64,000 bases of DNA from an uncultured Gemmatimonadales bacterium (GTDB lineage Bacteria > Gemmatimonadota > Gemmatimonadetes > Longimicrobiales > RSA9): the NCBI GenBank assembly GCA_963728445.1, contig CAVSJO010000003.1:30083-94082 (forward strand), read 5' to 3'. This document shows, piece after piece, positions 45,545 to 55,539 of this stretch. Below the pieces are notes generated by a model that was not told where the DNA came from, did not search any database, and saw nothing but the letters and a program-made list of their open reading frames with translations. The translations under genes and the position numbers were made by a program. Positions within the stretch are counted from its first letter, which is position 1, and the number at the start of each line of letters is the position of its first letter.

Positions 45545-47152
45545 TCACTCCGTGCGCGGCAGTTTCAGCGTGAACGTGCTGCCGACGCCGACCTCGCTCT
45601 CGGCCGTGAGGTCGCCGCCCATGCCGCGGGCCAGGTCGCGGCTGATGGACAGGCCGAGCCCCACCCCTCCCTCCGCGCGGGCGTATCGGCTGTCGGCCTG
45701 CACGAACGGGTCGAATACGGACTCCAGCTGCTCCGGCGCGATGCCGCACCCGGAGTCGCTCACGGACAGGTGGACCCACTCGGCTTCGGCGCGGCAGGTG
45801 AGCTCGATTCGACCGCCCACGTCCGTGAACTTGATGGCGTTGCCCAGAAGGTTGAGCACGATCTGCTGGAGCTTGTCCGGGTCGGCCCGCACCAGCACGC
45901 CGTCGGGACAGCCGGCCACCTCGTATTCCAGCTCCTTCGACCTCCGCTGCGGCGCGGTCAGCGCGTCGCACGTTGCCATCACCTCTGCGAGCGGGATGTC
46001 CGACGGGTGGTAGCTCGCCTTGCCCGCATCCACGCGGGCGAAGTGCAGCACGCCGTTGATGAGCCGCAGCAGGTGACGCTCGCTGGTGCGGATCCGACCC
46101 ACCGCCTGCCGCTGCTCGTCCGTCAGGGCGCCGTGCACCTCGAGCTCCAGCAGCTCCGCGTACCCGTCGATGGCGTTCAGCGGGGTTCTCAGCTCGTGGC
46201 TCATGACCGCCAGGAACTCGCTCTTCGCACGGTTGGCCGCTTCCGCCGCCGCTTGCGCACGGATGCTCTCCGTCACGTCGACACCCTGCACGAACACGCC
46301 CGACCGCGAGCCGTCGGCCTCCGTGATCGCCTGATAGACGAAGTTCAGGCGACGCTCCACAGGCGGCGCGTCCGGCGACCTCTGGATCGTCACGGGCACC
46401 GCCTCTCCCACGTACGGCTCCCCCGTCTCCAGCACACGGTCCAGCAGTTCGGAGAAGCCCTGGCCCTCGACCTCCGGAAGCGCCTCACGAAGCGGCTTGC
46501 CGACCACGTCCCGGAAGCCAATCAGCTGCTGGTAGTTCTCGTTCGTCAATTCGAACACGTGGTCGGAACCCCGCAGCACGCACATGAAAGCGGGCGCGTG
46601 GCGGAAGAGGTCCGTCAGCCGCGACCGTTCGAACTCGAGCGCCCTGCGCGCCTTTACGGCGGACGTGGTCTCGAGACACACCACCAGCGTGCCGTTGATC
46701 TCGCCGTCGTCGTCCCGCACCGGGCTGTAGCTGTACGTCCACCATGCGTCGTCCAGCTCCCCGCCGCCCCGTTCGATCGGCAGGTAGAGATCCTCGAACC
46801 AGACCGACTCGCCCCGGTCCATCACCGCTTCGACCTGCGGCCCCACCACGTCCCATACGTCCGTCCAGAACTCCGCCGCCGGCATGCCCAGCGCCCGCGG
46901 GTGTCGCGGCGACGCTCCCGTCGACGGGCCGAGGCTGGGGCGGAACGCGTCGTTGTAGACCTGGATCAGCCGGGGCCCCCAGAACAGCAGCATCGGGTTG
47001 CGTGAGGCCAGTACCGCCGCCGTCATCGTGCGCAGGCTCTGCGACCATCCCTCTACCGGTCCCAGCGGCGACGTCGCCCAGTCGAAGGCGCGACAGCGCT
47101 CGACCATTTCGCCGGATCCGGCGAAGACTGTATCGGCAGTCTGATGAGTCAT
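45545..47152 (-). CDS. Cytoplasmic double-PAS sensor histidine kinase
   Basis: AFDWATSPLGP N-terminal module, two PAS domains, [28 protein letters not shown] and GVGLGL. Confidence 0.9.
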   Translation of the reverse strand: MTHQTADTVFAGSGEMVERCRAFDWATSPLGPVEGWSQSLRTMTAAVLASRNPMLLFWGPRLIQVYNDAFRPSLGPSTGASPRHPRALGMPAAEFWTDVWDVVGPQVEAVMDRGESVWFEDLYLPIERGGGELDDAWWTYSYSPVRDDDGEINGTLVVCLETTSAVKARRALEFERSRLTDLFRHAPAFMCVLRGSDHVFELTNENYQQLIGFRDVVGKPLREALPEVEGQGFSELLDRVLETGEPYVGEAVPVTIQRSPDAPPVERRLNFVYQAITEADGSRSGVFVQGVDVTESIRAQAAAEAANRAKSEFLAVMSHELRTPLNAIDGYAELLELEVHGALTDEQRQAVGRIRTSERHLLRLINGVLHFARVDAGKASYHPSDIPLAEVMATCDALTAPQRRSKELEYEVAGCPDGVLVRADPDKLQQIVLNLLGNAIKFTDVGGRIELTCRAEAEWVHLSVSDSGCGIAPEQLESVFDPFVQADSRYARAEGGVGLGLSISRDLARGMGGDLTAESEVGVGSTFTLKLPRTE

Positions 47153-47284
47153 GATGTCACAAGAATGCAAAGTCGTCGGCGGCGAGTCGAGAGCGCAATG
47201 AACGGTCCTTGTATGACGATGGCTTCCCGGCGTACTCTTCAATCCTCATGCAAACCGTTGCGGCGCCTGCCGCCCCCCGTTGAC

Positions 47285-49942
47285 GTGATCCCCGACCGCC
47301 TGTCCGCCGCCCTTGCGGACCGCTACCGCATCGAGCGCGAGCTCGGCGCCGGCGGAATGGCCACGGTCTACCTGGCCGAGGACCTGAAGCACCACCGCCA
47401 GGTCGCGATCAAGGTGCTCAAGCCGGAGCTGGCAGCCGTGCTCGGCGCCGACCGCTTCGTCCAGGAGATCACGACCACCGCGCAGCTCCAGCACCCGCAC
47501 ATCCTGCCCCTCTTCGACTCGGGCACCGCCGACGGCTTCCTCTTCTACGTCATGCCGTACGTCGAGGGCGAGACGCTGCGCGACAGGCTGAGCCGGGAGA
47601 CACAGCTCGGCGTGGGCGAGGCGGTGAGGATCACCCGGGAGGTGGCGGACGCGCTGGACTACGCGCACCGCCACGGCGTGGTCCACCGCGACATCAAGCC
47701 CGAGAACATCCTGCTGCACGACGGCCGTCCGATGGTTGCGGACTTCGGGATCGCGCTTGCCGTTTCGGCCGCGGCCGGCGGCAGAATGACCGAGACGGGG
47801 CTCAGCCTCGGCACGCCGCACTACATGAGCCCGGAGCAGGCGACGGCGGAGAAGGACCTCACCGGGCGCAGCGACGTCTACTCGCTGGCGAGCGTCCTCT
47901 ACGAGATGCTCACCGGCGACCCGCCGCACACCGGGTCTTCGGCCCAGCAGATCATCATGAAGATCGTGACGGAGGAGGCGGCGCCGGTCACGAAGCTCAG
48001 GAAATCGGTGCCGCCGAACGTGGCGGCGGCCGTGGCGAAGGCGCTGGAGAAGCTGCCAGCCGACCGGTTCGACAGCGCGAAGGCGTTCGCGGATGCGCTG
48101 GCGGATCCCGGGTTCTCGGCCGGCCGCGGAGTGGCGGCCGCCGCGGCCGCCGATTCGCCGCGGGCGGGTCGTGCCCGCACCCGGGACCCCGTCTTCCTGG
48201 GCCTTGGCGCCGTCGCTCTGATACTGCTGATCGCCGCCACGTGGGGATGGTTCCGCCCCGTTTCCCGTGACACGCAGCAGGGCGTCTTCGAAATCTCTGT
48301 ACCCGGCTCGAGCCAGCACGCAGGCCTGACGATCACCGGGTTCGCCGCCGCCCCGGACGGCAGCTCCATCATCTATCAGGATTGGGCAGGGCAGCTCATG
48401 CTGCGCGGACGGAGCGAGGCTGAGGCCAAACCCGTGGCGGGCGGCGTGAGCGGGTGGATGCCCTTCTATTCGCCCGACGGCAGGTCCGTCGCCTGGGAGA
48501 CCGGATTTCCGGGTTCCCTCGCCACCGTTGCCGTGGGCGGCAGTGCGCCCCGCGTCCTGGTGCGTGATTCCGTGGTCGCCTACGGCGGTGCGTGGGGAGA
48601 CGACGGGATGCTGTATTTCACGTCGAACCATGGCGATCTGATGCGCGTTTCTGCCGGCGGCGGTGAGCCGACGGTGGTGGCCCGACCGGACAGGAACGGG
48701 GGTCAGCTCCAGCTGGTCGCTCCGAGCCTGCTTCCCGGTGGCAAGGCGGCCCTCGTCATCGTCATCAGCGATCAACCGCCCGAAGTCGCGGTCGTGGAGC
48801 TCGCCACCGGTGCGGTGCGAAGCGTTGCCGCCGGGTCGACCGTCGCTTTCGCCCCTCCCGACTACCTCGTCGTCGGCCGGGATGACGGAACCATCGTGGC
48901 GATCCCGTTCGACCCGCGCCGACGGGAGGTGACCGGGCCGGAGGTGGTCCTCGCCACCGACTACCACCGCCCGTTCCAGGGCTCGACGGCCCCTCTGGCC
49001 GTCACCCTCACGGGGGAACTCTACTACGTCCCGGAAGACGGGGGCGTCGGCACCATCGTCCGGGTGGATCGGCAGGGTCGGGCGGAACCCCTCGACCCCG
49101 GCTGGCACGAAGCGCCCTCCGGGCTCGCGGTCTCCCCTGACGGAAAGCGCCTCGCGTTCAGCAAGCACACGCAGGGCCGGGACGAGATCTGGGTGAAGGA
49201 GCTCGACCGCGGGCCTCTCAGCCGCCTCGCCTTCGGCGGACTCATCAGCTACCGACCCGCGTGGTCATCTGATGGCCGCTGGATCTATTTCGTCTCCGAT
49301 CGCGACCCGGCCCTTCCGCAGAGTGTCTACCGCGTCGCCGCCACCGGCGGCGGCAGGGCCCAGCTCGTATACCGAACGGACCAGTCGATCGACGAAGTCA
49401 GCATCTCTCGCGACGGGGCCTGGCTGCTGTATCGCGAGGGCTCGGGCGGCGGGCGAGACGTGTTCGCCGTGCGAGTCGGAGAGCGGAACCCTACCGTTCG
49501 CATCGCCACCAGCGACGCCGAGGAGACCACGCCAGTGCTCTCTCCGGATGGACGGCTCGTGGCGTACACGTCCGATGAGTCGGGTCGGCGCGAGGTGTAC
49601 GTGCGGCCGTTCCCCGATCCCGGGACAAGCCGCTGGGCCGTGTCCGCCGGCGGCGGCAGCGAGCCGCGCTGGTCGAACAGTGGACGGGAGCTGTTCTACC
49701 GGAGCGCCGACAACCAGCTCATGGACGTACGCCTGGCCCCGGGCCCCGGCTTCGCCATCGCCGACCAGCGCGCGTTGTTCTCCGTCACCGACTACGATTC
49801 CGATGACAAGCACGGCCTCTTCGACGTCCTCCCCGATGACGAACACTTCGTCTTCGTGCGCCACGAGGGTAGAGACGGGCCCGTCACTATCCGGGTGCTC
49901 ATGAACTGGCAGAAGGCGCTGGCCCGGGGCGACTCACGATGA
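47285..49942 (+). CDS. Hanks-type Ser/Thr kinase + TM + TolB-like (PD40) beta-propeller
   Basis: GAGGMATVY, VAIK, HRDIKPEN, DFG, GTPHYMSPE and DVYSL; TM segment; SPDG repeats. GTG at 47285. Confidence 0.9.
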   Translation: MIPDRLSAALADRYRIERELGAGGMATVYLAEDLKHHRQVAIKVLKPELAAVLGADRFVQEITTTAQLQHPHILPLFDSGTADGFLFYVMPYVEGETLRDRLSRETQLGVGEAVRITREVADALDYAHRHGVVHRDIKPENILLHDGRPMVADFGIALAVSAAAGGRMTETGLSLGTPHYMSPEQATAEKDLTGRSDVYSLASVLYEMLTGDPPHTGSSAQQIIMKIVTEEAAPVTKLRKSVPPNVAAAVAKALEKLPADRFDSAKAFADALADPGFSAGRGVAAAAAADSPRAGRARTRDPVFLGLGAVALILLIAATWGWFRPVSRDTQQGVFEISVPGSSQHAGLTITGFAAAPDGSSIIYQDWAGQLMLRGRSEAEAKPVAGGVSGWMPFYSPDGRSVAWETGFPGSLATVAVGGSAPRVLVRDSVVAYGGAWGDDGMLYFTSNHGDLMRVSAGGGEPTVVARPDRNGGQLQLVAPSLLPGGKAALVIVISDQPPEVAVVELATGAVRSVAAGSTVAFAPPDYLVVGRDDGTIVAIPFDPRRREVTGPEVVLATDYHRPFQGSTAPLAVTLTGELYYVPEDGGVGTIVRVDRQGRAEPLDPGWHEAPSGLAVSPDGKRLAFSKHTQGRDEIWVKELDRGPLSRLAFGGLISYRPAWSSDGRWIYFVSDRDPALPQSVYRVAATGGGRAQLVYRTDQSIDEVSISRDGAWLLYREGSGGGRDVFAVRVGERNPTVRIATSDAEETTPVLSPDGRLVAYTSDESGRREVYVRPFPDPGTSRWAVSAGGGSEPRWSNSGRELFYRSADNQLMDVRLAPGPGFAIADQRALFSVTDYDSDDKHGLFDVLPDDEHFVFVRHEGRDGPVTIRVLMNWQKALARGDSR

Positions 49943-50292
49943 GAGTGGCCACTGGTGTTCTGCTGCTTCTCTGCAGCCTCTGCGCCGCCTGCGGCCTTAC
50001 GCATTCCCGGACGTATCCGGCCGCGGGACCGACCCGTCCGGCGACCGACGTTCCGGTGCGGTTCCAGCCGACGGATCCGTCACTGCGACTGGCCCTGGCG
50101 GACACGCTCGCCGGCGGCGGCTGTCTCAATCCGATGATCGACCCGAGGGATGGGACCGAGCTGCGCCTGGAGCGCTCCGGGGTGGACCGCGGCGATTATG
50201 CGGTGCCGGATGGGCGCTATGGGGTTGGCGACCGGGAGCTGCTCCAGCTCTCGTGCAACACGGGCCGGCCGCTCGGAATCGTGCCTCGGTGA
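49939..50292 (+). CDS. Small hypothetical lipoprotein
   Basis: Lipobox CAACG; two further Cys (GGCLNP, LSCNTG); the start overlaps the kinase stop (ATGA). Confidence 0.65.
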   Translation: MRVATGVLLLLCSLCAACGLTHSRTYPAAGPTRPATDVPVRFQPTDPSLRLALADTLAGGGCLNPMIDPRDGTELRLERSGVDRGDYAVPDGRYGVGDRELLQLSCNTGRPLGIVPR

Positions 50293-50349
50293 GGACGGAC
50301 CGCGCCCGCTCCATCGAGGTCCTCGCCCAGCACGGCGACGCCGTCAGGG

Positions 50350-51387
50350 TCACCGCTGCACGCGGCCGCTTCCGTGGCCTGCCACGAGCGCTTCGACTTC
50401 GGCGGCACTGACGCGGTTGAAATCCCCTGGGATGGAGTGCTTCAGACAGCCGGCGGCGGTAGCGAACTCCAGGGCATGCCCGTCGTCGCCGTACGCCAGA
50501 GCTCCGTAGATGAACCCCGCCGCGAATGCATCCCCGCTTCCCACCCGGTCCACGATGTCGGGAATGTCGTAGGTCCGCGCCTCCATGAACTCCTGTCCGT
50601 TGTGGAGGCACGCGCTCCAGGTGTTGTGGTCGGCGCTCAGGCTCTCGCGCAGCGTGATGACCTGCTTCTGCAGATTGGGAAACGCCTCCATCACCTTCTC
50701 GGCCAGGGCTCGGTATCGATCGCGCTCGAGCGACCCTTTCTCCACGTCCACGTCGGCCTGGATGCCGAGCGAGCGCTGGCAGTCCTCCTCGTTCGCGATG
50801 CCGACCGACACGTGCCTGAGGATCTTCCTCATGACCTCCGGCGCCGTCTTTCCGTACTTCCAGAGGTTCTTCCGGAAGTTGTAGTCGCAGGAGACGGTCA
50901 CGCCCTTCGCCCGGGCCTGCTTCACGGCTTCGAGAGACATCTCCGCGGCGGCCGCGCTGAGAGCCGGCGTGATGCCGCTGATGTGGAACCAGTCGGCGCC
51001 GCGGAAGATCGAGTCCCAGTCCATTTCGTCGAGCCGTGCGGTGGCGATGGACGATCCGGCCCGATCGTACACGACGCGGCTCGGCCGCTGATTCGCTCCG
51101 GCTTCCAGGAAGTAGATGCCGAGGCGGCCGCCTCCGCGCCGAACCAGCGCCGTGTCGACGCCAAGACGGCGCAGCTCGGCGATGGCGTGATCGCCGATGG
51201 GGTTGTCGGGCACGACGGTGCAGAACGCCGCGTCCATCCCGTAGTTGGCGAGGGAGACCGCCACGTTGCTCTCGGCACCTCCGAAGGTGGCCTCGAGGGT
51301 CGGGCTCTGCAGCAGCCTCTCCCGCCCCGGCGCCTTGAGGCGGAGCATGATCTCACCGAGCGTGACGACGCGCGGACGGCCGCTCAT
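50350..51387 (-). CDS. kdgK: 2-keto-3-deoxygluconate kinase (PfkB family)
   Basis: Motifs [35 protein letters not shown] and DRVGSGDAF. Confidence 0.85.
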   Translation of the reverse strand: MSGRPRVVTLGEIMLRLKAPGRERLLQSPTLEATFGGAESNVAVSLANYGMDAAFCTVVPDNPIGDHAIAELRRLGVDTALVRRGGGRLGIYFLEAGANQRPSRVVYDRAGSSIATARLDEMDWDSIFRGADWFHISGITPALSAAAAEMSLEAVKQARAKGVTVSCDYNFRKNLWKYGKTAPEVMRKILRHVSVGIANEEDCQRSLGIQADVDVEKGSLERDRYRALAEKVMEAFPNLQKQVITLRESLSADHNTWSACLHNGQEFMEARTYDIPDIVDRVGSGDAFAAGFIYGALAYGDDGHALEFATAAGCLKHSIPGDFNRVSAAEVEALVAGHGSGRVQR

Positions 51388-52058
51388 CGAGCCCGCCCGG
51401 CGAGGGCCGAGCCGGTCGGGCCCCCATCGAGACGCCGAACCACCGTCATCGCGCGCTCCGCCTCTTTCCGAATGGACGAAAACGCTCCCGCTTCGATTGC
51501 CGGCGCTGGCACGAGCCACGACCCACCGCATGCGAGCACTCGATCGCTGGCCAGGTAGGACGGAAGGTGCTGGAGGCCGATGCCCCCGGTGGGGATGAAT
51601 CGAACCCCGGGAAACGGGGCCGAAATCGCCTTCAGAAACGCCACTCCTCCCATGGGCTCCGCGGGAAAGAACTTCAATACGTCGAGCCCCATGGCCAGAG
51701 CCGCCTGGATCTCGCTCGGCGTGCAGACCCCCGGATAGACCGCGAGCTCGTTGTCCTGACAGAACTCCACGACGTCCCGGTCGAAACCCGGTGAGACGAT
51801 GAAGTGAGCTCCCGCGTCCCTCGCGAGGGCGGCCTGCTCGCGGGTCAACACCGTTCCGGCTCCCAGCAGAACGTCCGGCACCTCTGCGGCGATGCGCCGC
51901 AGCGCCTCCGCGGCCGCAGACGTGCGGAACGTGATCTCCGCGCACGGAATTCCGCCGTCCCGAAGCGCCTTCGCCAGCGGAACGGCTCGCTCGGCATTCC
52001 GGATCACGACCACCGGAACGACCTTGAGCCTCCCCACCCTATCGATCGTCGGCTCCAT
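51384..52058 (-). CDS. eda: KDPG/KHG aldolase
   Basis: Motifs [39 protein letters not shown] and FIPTGGI. Confidence 0.95.
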   Translation of the reverse strand: MEPTIDRVGRLKVVPVVVIRNAERAVPLAKALRDGGIPCAEITFRTSAAAEALRRIAAEVPDVLLGAGTVLTREQAALARDAGAHFIVSPGFDRDVVEFCQDNELAVYPGVCTPSEIQAALAMGLDVLKFFPAEPMGGVAFLKAISAPFPGVRFIPTGGIGLQHLPSYLASDRVLACGGSWLVPAPAIEAGAFSSIRKEAERAMTVVRRLDGGPTGSALAGRAR

Positions 52059-53154
52059 CCCGTCCCTCCCCGCCCTCGCGTCCGTCGCGACCCGGCTGGT
52101 CTCCGCCTCTGCGGCGAGAACCGTCGCGGCCTCCGATGCCTTCCCACAGCCCCTGCAGATACGCCGCGCCGAGGGCTCGATCGTGCAGTCCGTACCCGGG
52201 CTGACCGGTTTCACCCCAGATCATGCGACCGTGGTCGGGCCGCACGGGCCCGTCGAAGCCGACGTCGCGCAGGGCGCGAAAAACCTCGAGCAAGTCCACG
52301 CCGCCGAAGCGCGAAGGGTGGGGCGTCTCGTGGAAGCACTTCGGCCCCGTGACCTTCACGTTCCGGCAGTGTGCGAAGTGGATCCGCGTGCCGAGGCCGC
52401 GGATCATTCCAGGGAGGTCGTTCGCGGGATCCGCTCCGAGGGATCCGGTGCAGAACGTGATGCCGTTCGCGGGCCTGTCCACGAGCCGGAGCACGCGTTC
52501 GAGCGCCGCCCCGTCCGTGACGATCCGCGGCAGTCCGAAGACCGACCAGGGGGGGTCGTCCGGATGCAGGGCCATCTTCACGCCCGACTCCTCTGCCACG
52601 GGCACGACCGCGGACAGGAAATACTCCAGGTTCTCCCAGAGCGCCTCGTCGTCCATGCGGCGAAAGTCCGCCAGAAGCCCGGGGAGCGCCGACGGGTCCG
52701 GCGGGAACCACGCCGGCAGGGCCGCCGGTCCCCTCACCGGATCGAGCGACGCGAGAAGGACGGGATCGTAGGACAGCGTGGTCGAGCCGTCTCCGAGGGG
52801 CATGTCCACGCGGGTCCGCGTCCAGTCGAGGACCGGCATGAAGTTGTAGCAGACGACGGGCACCCCCACCCGCCCGACGACGCGGAGGCTCTCGCAGAAC
52901 CGCTCGATGAGCCCGTCCCGGGAGGGGCGGCCGAGCTTGATGTCGTCGTGGATCGGGATGCTCTCGACCACCGCGAAGCGGAAGCCGGCCGCGTCGATGG
53001 CCTCCGCCAGGCCACTCATCGCGTCCATCGACCAGGCCTCGCCCGCGGGCACGCCATGCAGCGCGCTCACGATGCCCTCGACGCCGGGGACCTGTCGTAT
53101 GGTGGACAGCGATACGGGGTCGCGCGCCCCGAACCACCGGAAGCTCATCTGCAT
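52039..53154 (-). CDS. uxuA: Mannonate dehydratase
   Basis: Motifs MSFRWFG, VVESIPIHDDIK, CYNFMPVLDWTRT, ALHPDDPPW, FAHCRN, RPDHGRMIW and PGYGLHDRALG. Confidence 0.95.
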   Translation of the reverse strand: MQMSFRWFGARDPVSLSTIRQVPGVEGIVSALHGVPAGEAWSMDAMSGLAEAIDAAGFRFAVVESIPIHDDIKLGRPSRDGLIERFCESLRVVGRVGVPVVCYNFMPVLDWTRTRVDMPLGDGSTTLSYDPVLLASLDPVRGPAALPAWFPPDPSALPGLLADFRRMDDEALWENLEYFLSAVVPVAEESGVKMALHPDDPPWSVFGLPRIVTDGAALERVLRLVDRPANGITFCTGSLGADPANDLPGMIRGLGTRIHFAHCRNVKVTGPKCFHETPHPSRFGGVDLLEVFRALRDVGFDGPVRPDHGRMIWGETGQPGYGLHDRALGAAYLQGLWEGIGGRDGSRRRGGDQPGRDGREGGEGRDGADDR

Positions 53155-53180
53155 GAAGCACCGCCCGGGCCGGACACGGC

Positions 53181-54113
53181 TCAGACCCCGCTGAACGCGC
53201 TGAATCCGCCATCCACGGGGATGATGGCGCCGTTCACGAAGGAGGCCGCGTCGCTGCAGAGCCATCGGACGGCGCCGGCGACCTCCTTCGGATCTCCCAG
53301 CCGTCCCATCGGCGTATGCCGGATGATCTCCCGGGCCCGTTCGGTGAAGCTTCCGTCCGGATTCAGCAGGGCGCTCCGGTTCTGATCGGCGAGAAAGAAG
53401 CCGGGGGCGACGGCGTTCACCCGCAGCCGGTCGCCGTAGCGGCGCGTCAGCTCCACCGCCAGCCACCGCGTGAAGTTGTCGATTGCGGCCTTGGCCGCGG
53501 AGTAGGCCATGACCCCGCTCAGCACGCGGACGGCCGCCATGGAGGAGAGGTTGACGATGCATCCGGAGCCCTGCTCCGCCATCGAACGGCCGAAGCACAT
53601 CGCGGGAAGGATCGAGCCGTGCAGGTTCAGCCGCAGCGCCTCGTCGAACGCGGGCATCGGGACCGTGAACACGCTCGATTCGTCGTTGCGTGCGGCAGCG
53701 AGATTTCCCCCCGCGGCATTCACGAGGATGTCGACGGCGCCCCAGGCGTCCAGGAGCCGAGCGCGCGCCTTCCCGAGCGCCGACTCGTCGAGGACGTCCG
53801 CGGTCAGGGCCATCGATCTGCCGCCAGCCGCACAGATCGACTGTGCCTTGTGTTCTGCGGCGGCACTGCGTCGGCCCAGGATGGCCACACGCGCGCCCGC
53901 CCGGCCGAGCTCGTCGGCGATGGCCCCGCCGAGTACGCCGTACCCGCCGCAGACCAGCGCGACCCTGCCCGTCAGGTCGAACGGGTCCACGCCGTGCGCG
54001 TGCGTCGAAACGGTCGTCGGTCTCGCCGGCGCTGCGCGACGCTCCGTGGCGACGAGGCCTGGCGCCTCCAGCCCGCCGGTGCGGACGGGTCCGTCCCCTC
54101 GCGGGCGTGTCAC
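53181..54113 (-). CDS. uxuB: D-mannonate oxidoreductase / fructuronate reductase, SDR type
   Basis: Motifs GGYGVLG, NAAGGN, YSAAK and RVNAVAPGFFLADQNR; adjacent to uxuA. Start uncertain. Confidence 0.75.
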   Translation of the reverse strand: MTRPRGDGPVRTGGLEAPGLVATERRAAPARPTTVSTHAHGVDPFDLTGRVALVCGGYGVLGGAIADELGRAGARVAILGRRSAAAEHKAQSICAAGGRSMALTADVLDESALGKARARLLDAWGAVDILVNAAGGNLAAARNDESSVFTVPMPAFDEALRLNLHGSILPAMCFGRSMAEQGSGCIVNLSSMAAVRVLSGVMAYSAAKAAIDNFTRWLAVELTRRYGDRLRVNAVAPGFFLADQNRSALLNPDGSFTERAREIIRHTPMGRLGDPKEVAGAVRWLCSDAASFVNGAIIPVDGGFSAFSGV

Positions 54114-55430
54114 CTAGTGCTCACGCGCGGCGATCTGCCGTTCGATGGACGCCTGGAGAGACGGGAGATAGCGCAGTGCGTTCTCGTAGTAGACCTTCTT
54201 CAGCACCTCGTCGGGCAGCCCGATCCCGGAGATGTTGTAGCGGCCGTGGCCGGGAGAACCGCCGGGCGTGCGGATCTGCGCCGGGTGGTAGAAGTGCTCG
54301 TCGAAGGTCTCCAGGAACCGCCAGTGGGGGATCCAGAACTCGTCGACTCCCCGGCCCGGATTGCCATCGGAGCCGAAGAGGATCTGGTCCTGGTACTTGA
54401 TGAAGAACTCACGCCAGAGCCTGGGCGCCCGGCCGAGATCCTGCACCGCTGCGGACATGTCGACCGACGCGTTCGGAAACTCGTCCAGGAATGCGGCGAG
54501 CTTCTGAGGGTCGTAGTAGAGCATGGCCATGTGGCACCAGATGAAACGAGTGTTCGGGTGCCGCCGCATCAGCCTCACCCGAGCCTTCTCGATCTCCTCG
54601 CGGGGAGGCCCGTCCGTGTAGAGGTTGGTCTCACCCTCGTGGTGCCAGAGTCCCGCTTCGTAGCGCTCGTTCAGCGGACCGATGGGATAGAACCGCCCGA
54701 CCGAATCGCTCGTGTGGATGACCACGGGGATGTTGTATCGGGCCGCCATCTCCCAGATCGGGTCGAGGCGAGGATCGTCCGCCTGGATGAAGGAACCGTC
54801 GGGGTTCTTCCATTCCTGCCCGATCGCCTTGCTCACCTCCCCCATGCAGGGCGCCCCGGCCTTGAACGCTCTCTCCATCTCCGCGGCCACCCGCTCCGGC
54901 CAGCCGGGGACACGGATGCTGTCGTCCCCTCCCCTGCCGATGTTGAAGCAGTTGACGACCCGGTCGCGGTACGGCTTGCCCGCGGCGAGCACGCTGTCGA
55001 GGTGCGCTCCGCTGCCGGCGCTCATGTTCCAGATCACGCCGACGCCGGTGGAATCCATTCTCGCGATCAGCGCCTCGTACGCCGCGTGCGTCGTGAGCCC
55101 TCCGGCATGAACGTGCACGTCGATCGCCGGATACTTAGCCCGGTAGATGTTCGTCCGGGGAAGGCGAAGCAGGATGTACGGCATGGGCGGCGTCTCGATG
55201 CCGTCCCGGTGCCATCCCGGGGGCGGGGCCGTGGCCTGCAGTGGCGGCATGGGCGGAACCCACGTCGCGCCTTCCGCCACGCTGTCCGGAGCTCTCGGGA
55301 GAACCGGGATCACGGTGCCATCCCGGGACCGCAGGACTCCATCGTCCTGCTGCGCCTCGACGGCTCCGGCGGACAGGACCGTGCCCCACGCGATCCCCGA
55401 GACGATCAGTAGTGACGCAACAGTGCGCAT
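54114..55430 (-). CDS. Exported amidohydrolase-2 family metallohydrolase
   Basis: Signal peptide (AVEA/QQ) and Pro-rich linker; IDVHVH, IHTSD, CHMA and FGSDG metal-binding pattern. Confidence 0.8.
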   Translation of the reverse strand: MRTVASLLIVSGIAWGTVLSAGAVEAQQDDGVLRSRDGTVIPVLPRAPDSVAEGATWVPPMPPLQATAPPPGWHRDGIETPPMPYILLRLPRTNIYRAKYPAIDVHVHAGGLTTHAAYEALIARMDSTGVGVIWNMSAGSGAHLDSVLAAGKPYRDRVVNCFNIGRGGDDSIRVPGWPERVAAEMERAFKAGAPCMGEVSKAIGQEWKNPDGSFIQADDPRLDPIWEMAARYNIPVVIHTSDSVGRFYPIGPLNERYEAGLWHHEGETNLYTDGPPREEIEKARVRLMRRHPNTRFIWCHMAMLYYDPQKLAAFLDEFPNASVDMSAAVQDLGRAPRLWREFFIKYQDQILFGSDGNPGRGVDEFWIPHWRFLETFDEHFYHPAQIRTPGGSPGHGRYNISGIGLPDEVLKKVYYENALRYLPSLQASIERQIAAREH

Positions 55431-55539
55431 CGATTCATGCCTCCAGTTCCAGGGATCGGCGTCCGGAATACCTGTCCGGATCCGCGAAAAGGCCTTCGGT
55501 TCTGTCCGACCGCGCAGCGGGTCCTCGACTTCCGGACAG

